In this document: positions 48,534 through 57,808 of the stretch, piece after piece | Numbering within the stretch: the first letter of the stretch is position 1 | Layout: each line of letters begins with the position of its first letter | DNA from: Chitinophaga pinensis | GTDB lineage: Bacteria > Bacteroidota > Bacteroidia > AKYH767-A > OLB10 | Assembly: GCA_943332105.1 (NCBI GenBank) | Contig: CALQOD010000001.1 | Location: 6,615 to 70,614 of the forward strand | DNA length: 64,000 nt | Direction of reading: 5' to 3' | Program-made: the position numbers and the translations under genes | The notes under the pieces: generated by a model | Databases searched by the model: none | Seen by the model: the letters and a program-made list of their open reading frames with translations, nothing else | Told to the model about the DNA's origin: nothing

Positions 48534-51470
48534 TTATTTCTTAAATCCATTATAGAAAATCTCCATAATATCTGTTCTCACATTTTTCTTAGCCAACAAA
48601 TTATTTTCGGCATCCGGATAAACTCTATTTGATAAAAAGACAAATAGAAAATCATTTTTAGGATCTGCCCAAACACATGTTCCTGTAAAACCGGTATGCC
48701 CAAAAGTTAATTCAGAAGCACTGTGAGCTGCAGGACTAGACTTCTCTTTATTCATTTCAGGTTTATCAAAAATCAACCCTCTGCGATTTGAAGTGTTAGG
48801 TGCAGCTTGTGAAGTAAATCGCTGAATGGTTTCTTTACGCAAATAGCGCTTACCATCATATACACCTCCATTCAAAAACATCTTAAAAATAATTGCTAAT
48901 GATTCTGCATTTGAAAACAAACCAGCATGGCCAGCAACACCTCCCATCATTGCAGCAGCAGGATCATGTACTGTACCGCGAACAACACAATGACGAAATT
49001 CTTTATCATTTTCTGTAGGAGCTATAGTATTAATATCTGATTTCAATCCGGCATTGAACTGTACTTTCCATAAGCCCATTGGCTCATAAAATAATTTCGT
49101 AACGTAATTATCGATTGTTTCCCCTGTGATGCGTTCAATAACTTTCTGAAGCATAATCATACTTAAATCAGAATACACCATTGACCCCGGTGCCTTTATT
49201 TCCGACTCTATTATCTGATTCCAAATTTCTAATTTGTAATTATCCTCAATAAATAAATTGTCTGCTACTTTAGTAGTAAAACCTTCACTCTTTTCTGATT
49301 TAAAAATACAAGTATCCAAACCGTATTCACGAACTGTATTCTTCCAAAAAGGAATGAATGGCTGCAATCCAGCTTCGTGCATCATTAATTGACGAATAGT
49401 AATATCCTTTTTATTAGATTTCTTTAACTCGGGAAGATACTTACTAACTTTTGCTTCAAGATCAAGTTTGTTTTTATCATACAAATGCATTGCACATAAA
49501 CTTGTAGAGGCTACCTTAGTAATTGAAGCAATATCGTATAAATCGCTATTAGAAACCGCATGTGTACTATCATAAGTAAAATAACCAAACGATTTATCAA
49601 AAACCACTTTATTGCCTACTGCAAATAATATCTGGCAGCCAGGAGTAATTTTATTTTGAATTGCACTGTTAATTATACTATCTACCTTATTAAAAATGTC
49701 TGAATTAACTTTTAAAGCTTCGGGATATGTATAACTAAAAATTTCATTTGTTTTTGTTTTTATTCCATCGCCGATACAAACATTATCACCGATAGAAACA
49801 GAAATATGTCCATAGAATGAGCTCGCACCAAAAATTTTTTGTGCCGTTAACCTCAAAGGGTAATAAGTATCTTCAAAGCCCTCTACTAATGCTTTTACAT
49901 GATCTATCTTTTTTAATTTTGACAATACATAGGCATTACCAAATACACATAAAATAGAATTATGCTCTTTGTTGAATTTCTCTACTGCATCCAAAATATC
50001 TAAAGATAAATTGTAATTTTTATTAGCATGAATCGTAGTATTGTGAATACTCACAATTACCTTATCGTAATCTTTTAGCTTAACTATTAAGTTATCTAAT
50101 TCTTTTTTTGATATATCCCGTTGAAAAGCATAGCAATCTATTTTAGCATATTTTGAAAGTTCCTTTTGAAAAATATTGTTTAATGTATCATTTAAAACCA
50201 CAGATGCTATTTTTGGGTTTTCATGTATCAAGATTGGAAGAAAGTGATTTTCATTTTTCAATAATGTTATTGAACTATCGTAAAGGGCATATGCCATATA
50301 TTCAGAGCTGCCATTATTTAGGTCATTATCAATATTATTGATATCAATAGGTAAATAATTATTTAAACCGCTCCAATATTTCGCCATTAGTATTTTACCA
50401 ACTTTATAATTTAAGTCATCAACAGTTATTGAACTATCTTCTAGCGCCTTTTTAATGCATTCTATTCCTTTATCGATATTATCGGAATACAACAAAACAT
50501 CATTACCCGCTTTGAAAGCCATGAGCTCCAATTCGCCAGGAGCAAAGTAATCTGCCACTCCTTTCATATTTAAAGCATCAGTAAATATTAATCCATTAAA
50601 CCCTTCTTTACCTTTCAACAGGCTATCAACAATCAAAGGAGATAAGCTACAAGCCTTTTTTCCGTTTGAATCTAACGCCGGAACATATAAATGCGCCACC
50701 ATAACAGAAGAAACTCCTGATTTAATTAACTGACGAAAAGGATAAAGCTCAACAGAATCTAACTGCAATGAGTCGGCAGTTACAACCGGTAATTCAAAAT
50801 GAGAATCAGCACTAGTATTTCCATGCCCTGGAAAATGCTTAGCGCATGCAAGCACATGCTCAAACTGCATACCTTGCATATATTCTAATCCGAATTGTGT
50901 TACCTCTTCTTTTCGTTCTCCAAATGAACGATTACAAATTATAGGATTAGCAGGATTTGTATTAATATCGACAGAAGGTGCGAAATTGATTTGAATTCCT
51001 AATCGTTTGCAATTTTGTGCAATAGACTTACCCATTAAATAAGCTAATCTAGGATTGCCAGATGCTGCTAATGTCATTTGACGAGGATATCTAACGGTAC
51101 TGTCTAAACGCATATTCAGACCCCACTCACCATCAATACCAATCATCAAAGGGATTCTAGAATTAGCATTTAAGGTATTAGTTAAAATTGCCTGGCGATA
51201 TGGTGTGCCTTTAAAAAATATTACACCTCCCAACTTATAAGAATTTACTTTATCCGTAATTTCTCTTTCGTAGTTTGCATCTTTATTTGAAAAAACATTA
51301 ATCATGAAAAGCTGTCCAATTTTTTCTTCTGTTGACATAGTAGCCAAAATCGAATCTGACCAATGCTTACTTTCAACACTATAAAAGGCAGGAACGTACT
51401 TTACACTTTGAGCAAATGAACTTTTAAGTGATAAAATCAGAAAGCAAACAAAAATAATCTTTAGCTTCAA
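48534..51470 (-). CDS. fusion of GH3 beta-N-acetylhexosaminidase (NagZ-like) and serine beta-lactamase/PBP-like hydrolase; TTG start
   Basis: GH3 KHFPGHG and IFTDALNMKG; C-terminal SxxK motif ASITKV; an intact signal peptide is obtained only from the TTG at 51468..51470. Confidence 0.85.
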   Translation of the reverse strand: MKLKIIFVCFLILSLKSSFAQSVKYVPAFYSVESKHWSDSILATMSTEEKIGQLFMINVFSNKDANYEREITDKVNSYKLGGVIFFKGTPYRQAILTNTLNANSRIPLMIGIDGEWGLNMRLDSTVRYPRQMTLAASGNPRLAYLMGKSIAQNCKRLGIQINFAPSVDINTNPANPIICNRSFGERKEEVTQFGLEYMQGMQFEHVLACAKHFPGHGNTSADSHFELPVVTADSLQLDSVELYPFRQLIKSGVSSVMVAHLYVPALDSNGKKACSLSPLIVDSLLKGKEGFNGLIFTDALNMKGVADYFAPGELELMAFKAGNDVLLYSDNIDKGIECIKKALEDSSITVDDLNYKVGKILMAKYWSGLNNYLPIDINNIDNDLNNGSSEYMAYALYDSSITLLKNENHFLPILIHENPKIASVVLNDTLNNIFQKELSKYAKIDCYAFQRDISKKELDNLIVKLKDYDKVIVSIHNTTIHANKNYNLSLDILDAVEKFNKEHNSILCVFGNAYVLSKLKKIDHVKALVEGFEDTYYPLRLTAQKIFGASSFYGHISVSIGDNVCIGDGIKTKTNEIFSYTYPEALKVNSDIFNKVDSIINSAIQNKITPGCQILFAVGNKVVFDKSFGYFTYDSTHAVSNSDLYDIASITKVASTSLCAMHLYDKNKLDLEAKVSKYLPELKKSNKKDITIRQLMMHEAGLQPFIPFWKNTVREYGLDTCIFKSEKSEGFTTKVADNLFIEDNYKLEIWNQIIESEIKAPGSMVYSDLSMIMLQKVIERITGETIDNYVTKLFYEPMGLWKVQFNAGLKSDINTIAPTENDKEFRHCVVRGTVHDPAAAMMGGVAGHAGLFSNAESLAIIFKMFLNGGVYDGKRYLRKETIQRFTSQAAPNTSNRRGLIFDKPEMNKEKSSPAAHSASELTFGHTGFTGTCVWADPKNDFLFVFLSNRVYPDAENNLLAKKNVRTDIMEIFYNGFKK

Positions 51471-51527
51471 TTTAAGATTTATGAAATAATTTTACAAAAA
51501 ACAATCACTACTAATTAAATCCATTTA

Positions 51528-52250
51528 TCATACTCCTTCCACTATTTGCTTTGAACGAAGAAGCTTATATTCCTCTCTGCAATTATTACAATAAAACCAA
51601 TCACTTGTAAATATTGTAGCCTCTTCTCTTCCACAGCTATCACATTTACGAATGGCTTCAGTTCGATGGTAATGCATCTTACTTACATGATCGTCGAGAT
51701 GGATAGAAGGATAGTCAAACAAATTAATTTCATCCATTAATCGATGGTGTACAGGATGAAATCCATTGTTACCCTTCACATCTACAAGCACAACTCTTTT
51801 TCCAATAGCACGAAGTTGTTTTATTAATGGCTGATAATCGATGTCGCCAGCTAGAATGCAAGCGATATCAAACGATGAATTTTGAAAGGCCAATGACAAG
51901 GCAGTGGTAGCTAAGCCTACTTCTAAACAATTCTCTCTGCGCCCAAGCACTTCTTTATTTTTAAAATCATATTCATAGATTTCGGTATTGTAATTACATC
52001 TCTTCGCAAGCATCTCATAAAACTGACGTTCTCGAATATTATCATGACCTAGCTTATTAATAGCGATTGTTCCAAAATAATAGGTACGAACTAAATCAAT
52101 TTTCAAATCAGCAACTTGTCCTAATTGATCCTGAACAATTTTTGGAAGTGTGCGATAGTCTAGTTCAAAATCTGGGTCTTCGCACAAGCTCAATAAATAG
52201 GGACGAACATGGTACAACCAACCACCATCAATAAATAGCATTGCTTTCAT
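51528..52250 (-). CDS. NYN/LabA-like domain protein with C-terminal CxxC...CxxC zinc ribbon
   Basis: MLFIDGGWLY N-terminus, ILAGDIDYQPL; CDSCGREE...YCNNCREEY. Confidence 0.7.
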   Translation of the reverse strand: MKAMLFIDGGWLYHVRPYLLSLCEDPDFELDYRTLPKIVQDQLGQVADLKIDLVRTYYFGTIAINKLGHDNIRERQFYEMLAKRCNYNTEIYEYDFKNKEVLGRRENCLEVGLATTALSLAFQNSSFDIACILAGDIDYQPLIKQLRAIGKRVVLVDVKGNNGFHPVHHRLMDEINLFDYPSIHLDDHVSKMHYHRTEAIRKCDSCGREEATIFTSDWFYCNNCREEYKLLRSKQIVEGV

Positions 52251-52325
52251 AACAATTGTAAAATTAAAATTTGATTAGATATGTTTAAAAAAATCATCCG
52301 ATAGTCATCAACAAGTTTTTAAACA

Positions 52326-53141
52326 TTATACGGCCACCTGAAAATCCCTTAAAGCATCATTTAAAGATGTCTTTTGATCAGTACTTTCTTTTCGTTGACC
52401 AATAATAATCGCACATGGAACTTGATAATCTCCAGCAGGAAATGATTTAGTATAAGAACCAGGTATTACAACTGAACGGGCAGGAACTCGCCCTTTATAT
52501 TCAACTGGGGATGTCCCAGTTACATCGATTATTTTAGTTGACATTGTAAGCACAACATTAGCTCCTAGAACCGCCTCTTTCTCTATTCGAACGCCTTCAA
52601 CGACAATGGAACGAGATCCGAGAAAACATCCATCTTCAACAATAACGGGTGCTGCCTGAACTGGCTCGAGTACACCTCCTATTCCTACGCCCCCGCTTAA
52701 ATGTACATTCTTTCCGATCTGAGCGCATGAACCAACTGTGGCCCATGTATCCACCATTGTTCCCGCATCTACATAAGCACCAATATTTACATAAGATGGC
52801 ATCAAAATTACACCTGGCGATAAATAACTTCCATGACGTGCAATCGCATGTGGAACAACACGAACACCCAATTCAGCATATTTATTTTTTATCGGAATCT
52901 TATCATAAAATTCGAACGGCCCAACCTCAATTGTTTCCATTTTCATTATTGGGAAATACATAATCACTGCCTTTTTAATCCAATCATTTACTTGCCAGCC
53001 ATCCTGAACAGGCTCTGCTACTCGAATTTTTCCATCGTTGAGTAAAGCAACAACGCTTTTAATTGCATCTTGTGTTTCTTGCTGCTGTAACAATTCGCGG
53101 TTACTCCATGCCTGCTCAATTATTTCGTTTAATTCTTTCAT
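52326..53141 (-). CDS. dapD: 2,3,4,5-tetrahydropyridine-2,6-dicarboxylate N-succinyltransferase
   Basis: 271 aa; hexapeptide-repeat left-handed beta-helix region preceded by the DapD N-terminal domain. Confidence 0.9.
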   Translation of the reverse strand: MKELNEIIEQAWSNRELLQQQETQDAIKSVVALLNDGKIRVAEPVQDGWQVNDWIKKAVIMYFPIMKMETIEVGPFEFYDKIPIKNKYAELGVRVVPHAIARHGSYLSPGVILMPSYVNIGAYVDAGTMVDTWATVGSCAQIGKNVHLSGGVGIGGVLEPVQAAPVIVEDGCFLGSRSIVVEGVRIEKEAVLGANVVLTMSTKIIDVTGTSPVEYKGRVPARSVVIPGSYTKSFPAGDYQVPCAIIIGQRKESTDQKTSLNDALRDFQVAV

Positions 53142-53164
53142 ATTGATTATTTACTAAAGTGGCA

Positions 53165-53172
53165 CAAAGTTA
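53165..53172 (-). promoter_or_regulatory. -7 promoter box TAACTTTG, 23 nt upstream of dapD ATG
   Basis: exact TAnnTTTG on minus strand. Confidence 0.4.
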
Positions 53173-53192
53173 TAAATAAGAACAGAACTTAT

Positions 53193-53200
53193 TACATTTG
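53193..53200 (+). promoter_or_regulatory. -7 promoter box TACATTTG, only 4 nt upstream of ruvX ATG (leaderless-type)
   Basis: exact TAnnTTTG. Confidence 0.45.
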
Positions 53201-53204
53201 CGGC

Positions 53205-53621
53205 ATGGGAAGAATTCTGGCAATTGATTACGGAACCAAGAAGTCGGGAATAGCCGTTACTGACCCACTTCGAATAGTAGCCAGCCCACTGGACACCATT
53301 CCTACTCATATACTGTTTGAGTTCCTCAAAAAATATATTACTACTGAAGTGGTAGATAGTATCGTTGTTGGCGATCCAAGACGATTGAATGGTGAAATGT
53401 CAGAGACAACTCATCTAACAAATCAATTCGTTAATAAATTAAAAAAAGAAATTCCCTTAATTAAAATAGTGCGCATAGATGAACGCTTTACTTCAAAGAT
53501 TGCAGAAAGAACCATTGCTGCTATGGGCTTACCTAAAATGAAACGTCAAAATAAAATGCTAATTGACAAAGTGAGTGCTACTATTATATTACAAGACTAC
53601 TTAAGCACCTTAACAATATAA
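53205..53621 (+). CDS. ruvX: YqgF/RuvX putative pre-16S rRNA nuclease / Holliday junction resolvase-like
   Basis: ILAIDYGTKKSGIAV N-terminal RNase H-fold motif; 138 aa. Confidence 0.9.
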   Translation: MGRILAIDYGTKKSGIAVTDPLRIVASPLDTIPTHILFEFLKKYITTEVVDSIVVGDPRRLNGEMSETTHLTNQFVNKLKKEIPLIKIVRIDERFTSKIAERTIAAMGLPKMKRQNKMLIDKVSATIILQDYLSTLTI

Positions 53622-53626
53622 TTATT

Positions 53627-54184
53627 ATGATTTACCCTATTGTTGCATACGGCGATCCAGTTTTAAGAAAAGTAGCAGCACCTATCAGTGTCGACTATCC
53701 GAAATTGAACGAGATAATTCAAAATATGTTTGATACCATGAAGCGCAGCTCTGGTATTGGATTGGCAGCACCACAAATTGGTTTGTCTATACGACTATTT
53801 GTTGTTGATGCAACACCCTTTGAAAATGATGAACGAGACCTTGATGGCTTTAAACAGGTTTTTATCAATGCTCAAATTTTAGAGGAAGAAGGAAAGAAAT
53901 GGAAATGTTCTGAAGGATGCTTGAGTATTCCCGGAATCCGTGAAGATGTGGATAGGAATCCGAATATAACGGTTAGGTTTATGGATGAAAACTTTGTGGA
54001 GCATACAGAATCGTATACAGGCATGCGTGCAAGAATTATCCAACATGAATATGATCATATTGAAGGCATCCTAATGACTGATCGTCTGACACCGATTAAA
54101 AAGCAATTATTGAAAGGCCGTTTGAATGATATTATGAAAGGCCGGACGGACGCTGACTACAAGATGCGTTTTTATAAGAAATAA
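53627..54184 (+). CDS. def: peptide deformylase
   Basis: motifs GIGLAAPQIG, EGCLS and HEYDH. Confidence 0.95.
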   Translation: MIYPIVAYGDPVLRKVAAPISVDYPKLNEIIQNMFDTMKRSSGIGLAAPQIGLSIRLFVVDATPFENDERDLDGFKQVFINAQILEEEGKKWKCSEGCLSIPGIREDVDRNPNITVRFMDENFVEHTESYTGMRARIIQHEYDHIEGILMTDRLTPIKKQLLKGRLNDIMKGRTDADYKMRFYKK

Positions 54185-54232
54185 AAAGGGTTGTTATTAT
54201 CGTTAGGAATGATAAAAATCAAAATCGCTGAA

Positions 54233-54460
54233 TCAGCAAGAATTTTTAGGACTGTTCATCGCTTTTAATATCTCCTCCTGTGTTAAAGACCAATCTTCTT
54301 CACTTAGTGGCGATAATGCCTTTACTTTGATAGATTCTTTTGCAATTTCATTGAGTATTTCCACAAATTCTTCTGCAGTAATGTCTTGTTTGAATGGGTG
54401 GTCAGCATCAGCCAATTCTGATTCATCCATGTTTCGAAGTTTTTCTAATGTCATTTTCAT
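54233..54460 (-). CDS. small acidic hypothetical protein
   Basis: 75-aa ORF, E/D-rich, no family recognised. Confidence 0.35.
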   Translation of the reverse strand: MKMTLEKLRNMDESELADADHPFKQDITAEEFVEILNEIAKESIKVKALSPLSEEDWSLTQEEILKAMNSPKNSC

Positions 54461-54522
54461 TTCTTGAATTTACGAAAAAAAATCTACTTTAGACCACTAA
54501 ATCAAAATAAAATTAAAAAAAC

Positions 54523-55038
54523 ATGCAATCGTCGGTTATTTACATGATAGGATTCTCTGCTTCGGGAAAAACAACACTGGGAAAAATAATCGCGGGAAAA
54601 TTAAATTATCATTTCATCGATTTAGACGAAGCTATTACCCAACAGCAAGGCAAGTCGATTAATACCCTATTTGATGAATTTGGCGAAGAAGGATTTCGTA
54701 AAATTGAAAAACAGTTATTAGTCAATACTATTTTCCTGACAGAAACAGTTATTGCTTGCGGAGGTGGAACTACATCTTATTCCGATAATATGGACTTCTT
54801 GCAAAGGAACGGAACTGTTATTTATCTTGAAGTTGATGAAGCCATGTTACTTGAACGCATGTTAGATAAAACAGCTGAAAGACCCTTATTTAAAGGAAAA
54901 TCAAAAGAGGAAATATCATCTCATATTAATGAACTACTAACTGCGCGTAAAGTATTTTATGAAAGAGCTAGCTATACGATAAAGAATAATGGCAATGAAG
55001 AATCAGCTATAAGTAGTATTTTAAAAGTTCTAGAATAA
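54523..55038 (+). CDS. aroK: shikimate kinase
   Basis: Walker A GFSASGKTT, DLD, and a GGG lid (ACGGGT). Confidence 0.9.
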   Translation: MQSSVIYMIGFSASGKTTLGKIIAGKLNYHFIDLDEAITQQQGKSINTLFDEFGEEGFRKIEKQLLVNTIFLTETVIACGGGTTSYSDNMDFLQRNGTVIYLEVDEAMLLERMLDKTAERPLFKGKSKEEISSHINELLTARKVFYERASYTIKNNGNEESAISSILKVLE

Positions 55039-55752
55039 TCACCATTCTTTTTCAGGCTTTCCTCCTGTTGCATCAAACTTTTTAGCATTTTTCTTTTGTA
55101 GCTTTTGTTCCTGATTTTTTAATGCTTGTAGCATTCGCTCTGCCTCTTCTTTTGATATTTTTAGTTGAGAAGATTTTTTTTGTTCTTGTTGCTGTTGATC
55201 TTGCTTTTGTTGCTGATCCTTCTTTTGATCTTGATTTTTTTGTTGCTGCTGATCTTTTTTCTGCTGATCTTTGTTTTGCTCGTTTTTATTTTGCTGATTT
55301 TTATTTTGCTGATTATTTTTTTGCTGTTGCGCCTTTAATTTTGCAAGTGCATAAGCCAAATTATAACGAGCATCATCATCTTTAGGATTTTGTCGCAGTG
55401 CCATTTTGTAAGCATCAACACTCTCCTGGTATTTTTCAGACTTCAAATATGAATTACCCAGGTTGTAATAAGCTTTTGACTGTTCTATTGGATCTTTAGT
55501 AGTACCAGCAGCCTGCATAAATTGCTTAGTAGCATCTTCGGCATTCCCCTTCTTATAATAGGTATTGCCTAAATTATAATTACCTGCGAAACTCTTGGCA
55601 TCTTTTTCAATTGCAGTTTTATAATCTATTTCGGCATCTTTATATTTTTTATTGTTATATGCGTCGTTACCACGACGAATAGTTGAGTTTACGTTTTGCG
55701 CAAACGAATTTGAATTAATCAGAATAACAATTAAAAACAAAATGACTCTCAT
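55039..55752 (-). CDS. batC: BatC-like TPR protein with Q/K/N-rich low-complexity tail
   Basis: signal peptide; TPR repeats (YNLGNTYYKKGNAEDA, YYNLGNSYLKSEKYQESVDAYKMALRQNP); last gene of the MoxR/VWA operon. Confidence 0.75.
   Translation of the reverse strand: MRVILFLIVILINSNSFAQNVNSTIRRGNDAYNNKKYKDAEIDYKTAIEKDAKSFAGNYNLGNTYYKKGNAEDATKQFMQAAGTTKDPIEQSKAYYNLGNSYLKSEKYQESVDAYKMALRQNPKDDDARYNLAYALAKLKAQQQKNNQQNKNQQNKNEQNKDQQKKDQQQQKNQDQKKDQQQKQDQQQQEQKKSSQLKISKEEAERMLQALKNQEQKLQKKNAKKFDATGGKPEKEW
55174..55332 (-). repeat. coding low-complexity tract with 15-nt (pentapeptide NQQNK-like) tandem units
   Basis: AQQQKNNQQNKNQQNKNEQNKDQQKKDQQQQKNQDQKKDQQQKQDQQQQEQKK; plus strand shows ttattttgctgattt twice in tandem. 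Confidence 0.7.
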
Positions 55753-56798
55753 AATTTCTGCTTATTATTTTCTCCGAACAAATTCCACTTAGCAACTACT
55801 TTACTTTTGTTTTCTCCAATTATAAAATCAATTAATAATAAAACCAAAGCAATAGCTATAAATAGCTGATATTGATTTTCAAAACTAGTATACATCTTCG
55901 CTTTAAATTCTTTTTTATCAAGCGAATTCAATTCTTTTAACATAATTGATAAGCCATCATCACTATTTGTTGCATGGATAAACTTACCTTTTCCTGCTTC
56001 CGCAATATCTTCCAGCATAACACTATTTAACTTTGTCATAATAGTCTGGCCTGAATGATCCTGGCGATAGCCCACTTTAGCACCATTATTATAAATTGGT
56101 ATTGGAGTACCTTGTTCAGAGCCCATTCCTATAGTATAAACTTTAACGCCTTGCTCGGTCGCAGATTTTGCCGATTCAATAGCGTCATCTTCATGATTTT
56201 CTCCATCAGTAATTATTACAATAGCGCTATTTTTTTTAATCGTATCTGTAAAAGAAGTTGTGGCAAGATCAATAGCTGCCCCAATTGCAGTACCTTGCTT
56301 AGGAACAATATCAGTAGAAATTTGCGTTAAAAATAATTTCGCTGCAGCATAATCAGTTGTGATTGGCAATTGCGTATAAGCATCACCTGCAAATACGACT
56401 AATCCAATTCGGTCGCCTTCAAGTTTATCAATCAAACGATTAATTGCTTGCTTTGCGCGCTCTAAACGATTAGGCAATAAATCTTCTGCAAGCATACTGT
56501 TAGATACATCTAAACAGATTATAATATCAGATCCTTTACGCTTTACTTCTTCCAGCTTTGAACCTATTAATGGTCCGCATAGTCCGATTATTAGCATTAC
56601 AAACGCCACCCATCTAATCCAGAATTTTACTGATGGCCTTGTATTACTTACATCTGGAAATAATTGTTGTATGATTTCTATTTTACCAAAAATTAATAAC
56701 GACTTCTTTTTCCATCTAACAAAAAGCCAGAAAAGCACCATTAAAAGCGGCGCTGCGGCAAAAAGATAAATCATATCGGGATGTTGAAATCGAAACAT
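55749..56798 (-). CDS. batB: BatB-like von Willebrand factor A membrane protein
   Basis: N-terminal TM helices; MIDAS ICLDVSNSM; C-terminal TM. Confidence 0.85.
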   Translation of the reverse strand: MFRFQHPDMIYLFAAAPLLMVLFWLFVRWKKKSLLIFGKIEIIQQLFPDVSNTRPSVKFWIRWVAFVMLIIGLCGPLIGSKLEEVKRKGSDIIICLDVSNSMLAEDLLPNRLERAKQAINRLIDKLEGDRIGLVVFAGDAYTQLPITTDYAAAKLFLTQISTDIVPKQGTAIGAAIDLATTSFTDTIKKNSAIVIITDGENHEDDAIESAKSATEQGVKVYTIGMGSEQGTPIPIYNNGAKVGYRQDHSGQTIMTKLNSVMLEDIAEAGKGKFIHATNSDDGLSIMLKELNSLDKKEFKAKMYTSFENQYQLFIAIALVLLLIDFIIGENKSKVVAKWNLFGENNKQKL

Positions 56799-56800
56799 AA

Positions 56801-57808
56801 CTATGGTAGACTTTTCAAAATTGTATAACGAAGTATTAACTCACATAAAATTAATGCAAATGCAATTAGAGCATACGGAAGATATTCGTCGGTATAACGA
56901 TTAAATTCTGTTACTTCAATTTTAGATTTTTCCAAACGATCAATTTCTCTAAAAACACTTTCTAGTGCTTTATTACTTATAGCTCTAAAATATTTTCCAT
57001 CTGTATTTTGTGCTACTTGACTTAACAATGCTTCATCAATCTGCACTTCCATATTTTGATATTGAATTCCGAATGGCGTTTTAAAAGGATAAGGCGCCAT
57101 CCCTTTTGTACCAACACCAATCGAATAAACGCGGACATCAAAAGCCTTTGCTATTTCGCCTGCAGTAGAAGGAGGAATGGCACCGGAGTTATTTACACCA
57201 TCAGTAATTAATACCACAACTTTGCTTTTCGTTTTTGCATCTTTCACTCTACTAATAGCTGTTGCAAGTCCTTCACCAATTGCAGTTCCATCAATCAACA
57301 TCCCTGGTTCCACATCTTTTAATACATTTCTTAAAACAGAATGATCGGAAGTAATAGGGCATTGCGTAAAACTTTCTCCTGAAAAAATTACTAGTCCAAT
57401 TAAATCATTAGGCCTTCCATCAATAAATTGTTGCGCTACTTTTTTCGCAGATTCAATACGATTAGGTTTGAAATCTTCGGCCAACATACTCGCGGAAATA
57501 TCAAGTGCGATAACAATTGATATTCCTTCTGTAGTTACATTCGAAGAACTTGAAGTTGACTGCGGTCTTGCTAAAGCAATAATTAAAAATACAAATGCTA
57601 GTAATCTACAGAAAAGAGGAATATTAATTAATCTGCTTTTCCATGTAGGACGAGATCTTGCGAATGAATCTGTACTACTAATTTGAATTGTTGGAGCTTT
57701 AAATTTTTTGTATTTAAAAAAGTAATAAGCAAGCAGAGGGACTAAAATTAGAAGCCAAAACCACTCAGGATTTTTAAATTGATAAATATATTCTTGCCAC
57801 CAGGTCAT
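56801..57808 (-). CDS. batA: BatA-like von Willebrand factor A membrane protein
   Basis: N-terminal TM helices; MIDAS IALDISASM; C-terminal TM. Confidence 0.85.
   Translation of the reverse strand: MTWWQEYIYQFKNPEWFWLLILVPLLAYYFFKYKKFKAPTIQISSTDSFARSRPTWKSRLINIPLFCRLLAFVFLIIALARPQSTSSSSNVTTEGISIVIALDISASMLAEDFKPNRIESAKKVAQQFIDGRPNDLIGLVIFSGESFTQCPITSDHSVLRNVLKDVEPGMLIDGTAIGEGLATAISRVKDAKTKSKVVVLITDGVNNSGAIPPSTAGEIAKAFDVRVYSIGVGTKGMAPYPFKTPFGIQYQNMEVQIDEALLSQVAQNTDGKYFRAISNKALESVFREIDRLEKSKIEVTEFNRYTDEYLPYALIAFALILCELILRYTILKSLP

Noticed and set aside
55122-55385. 87-aa ORF antisense to batC
   Set aside because: It is produced by the Q/K codon repeat (ttg/ctg/ttt on the opposite strand), so it is a low-complexity artefact.
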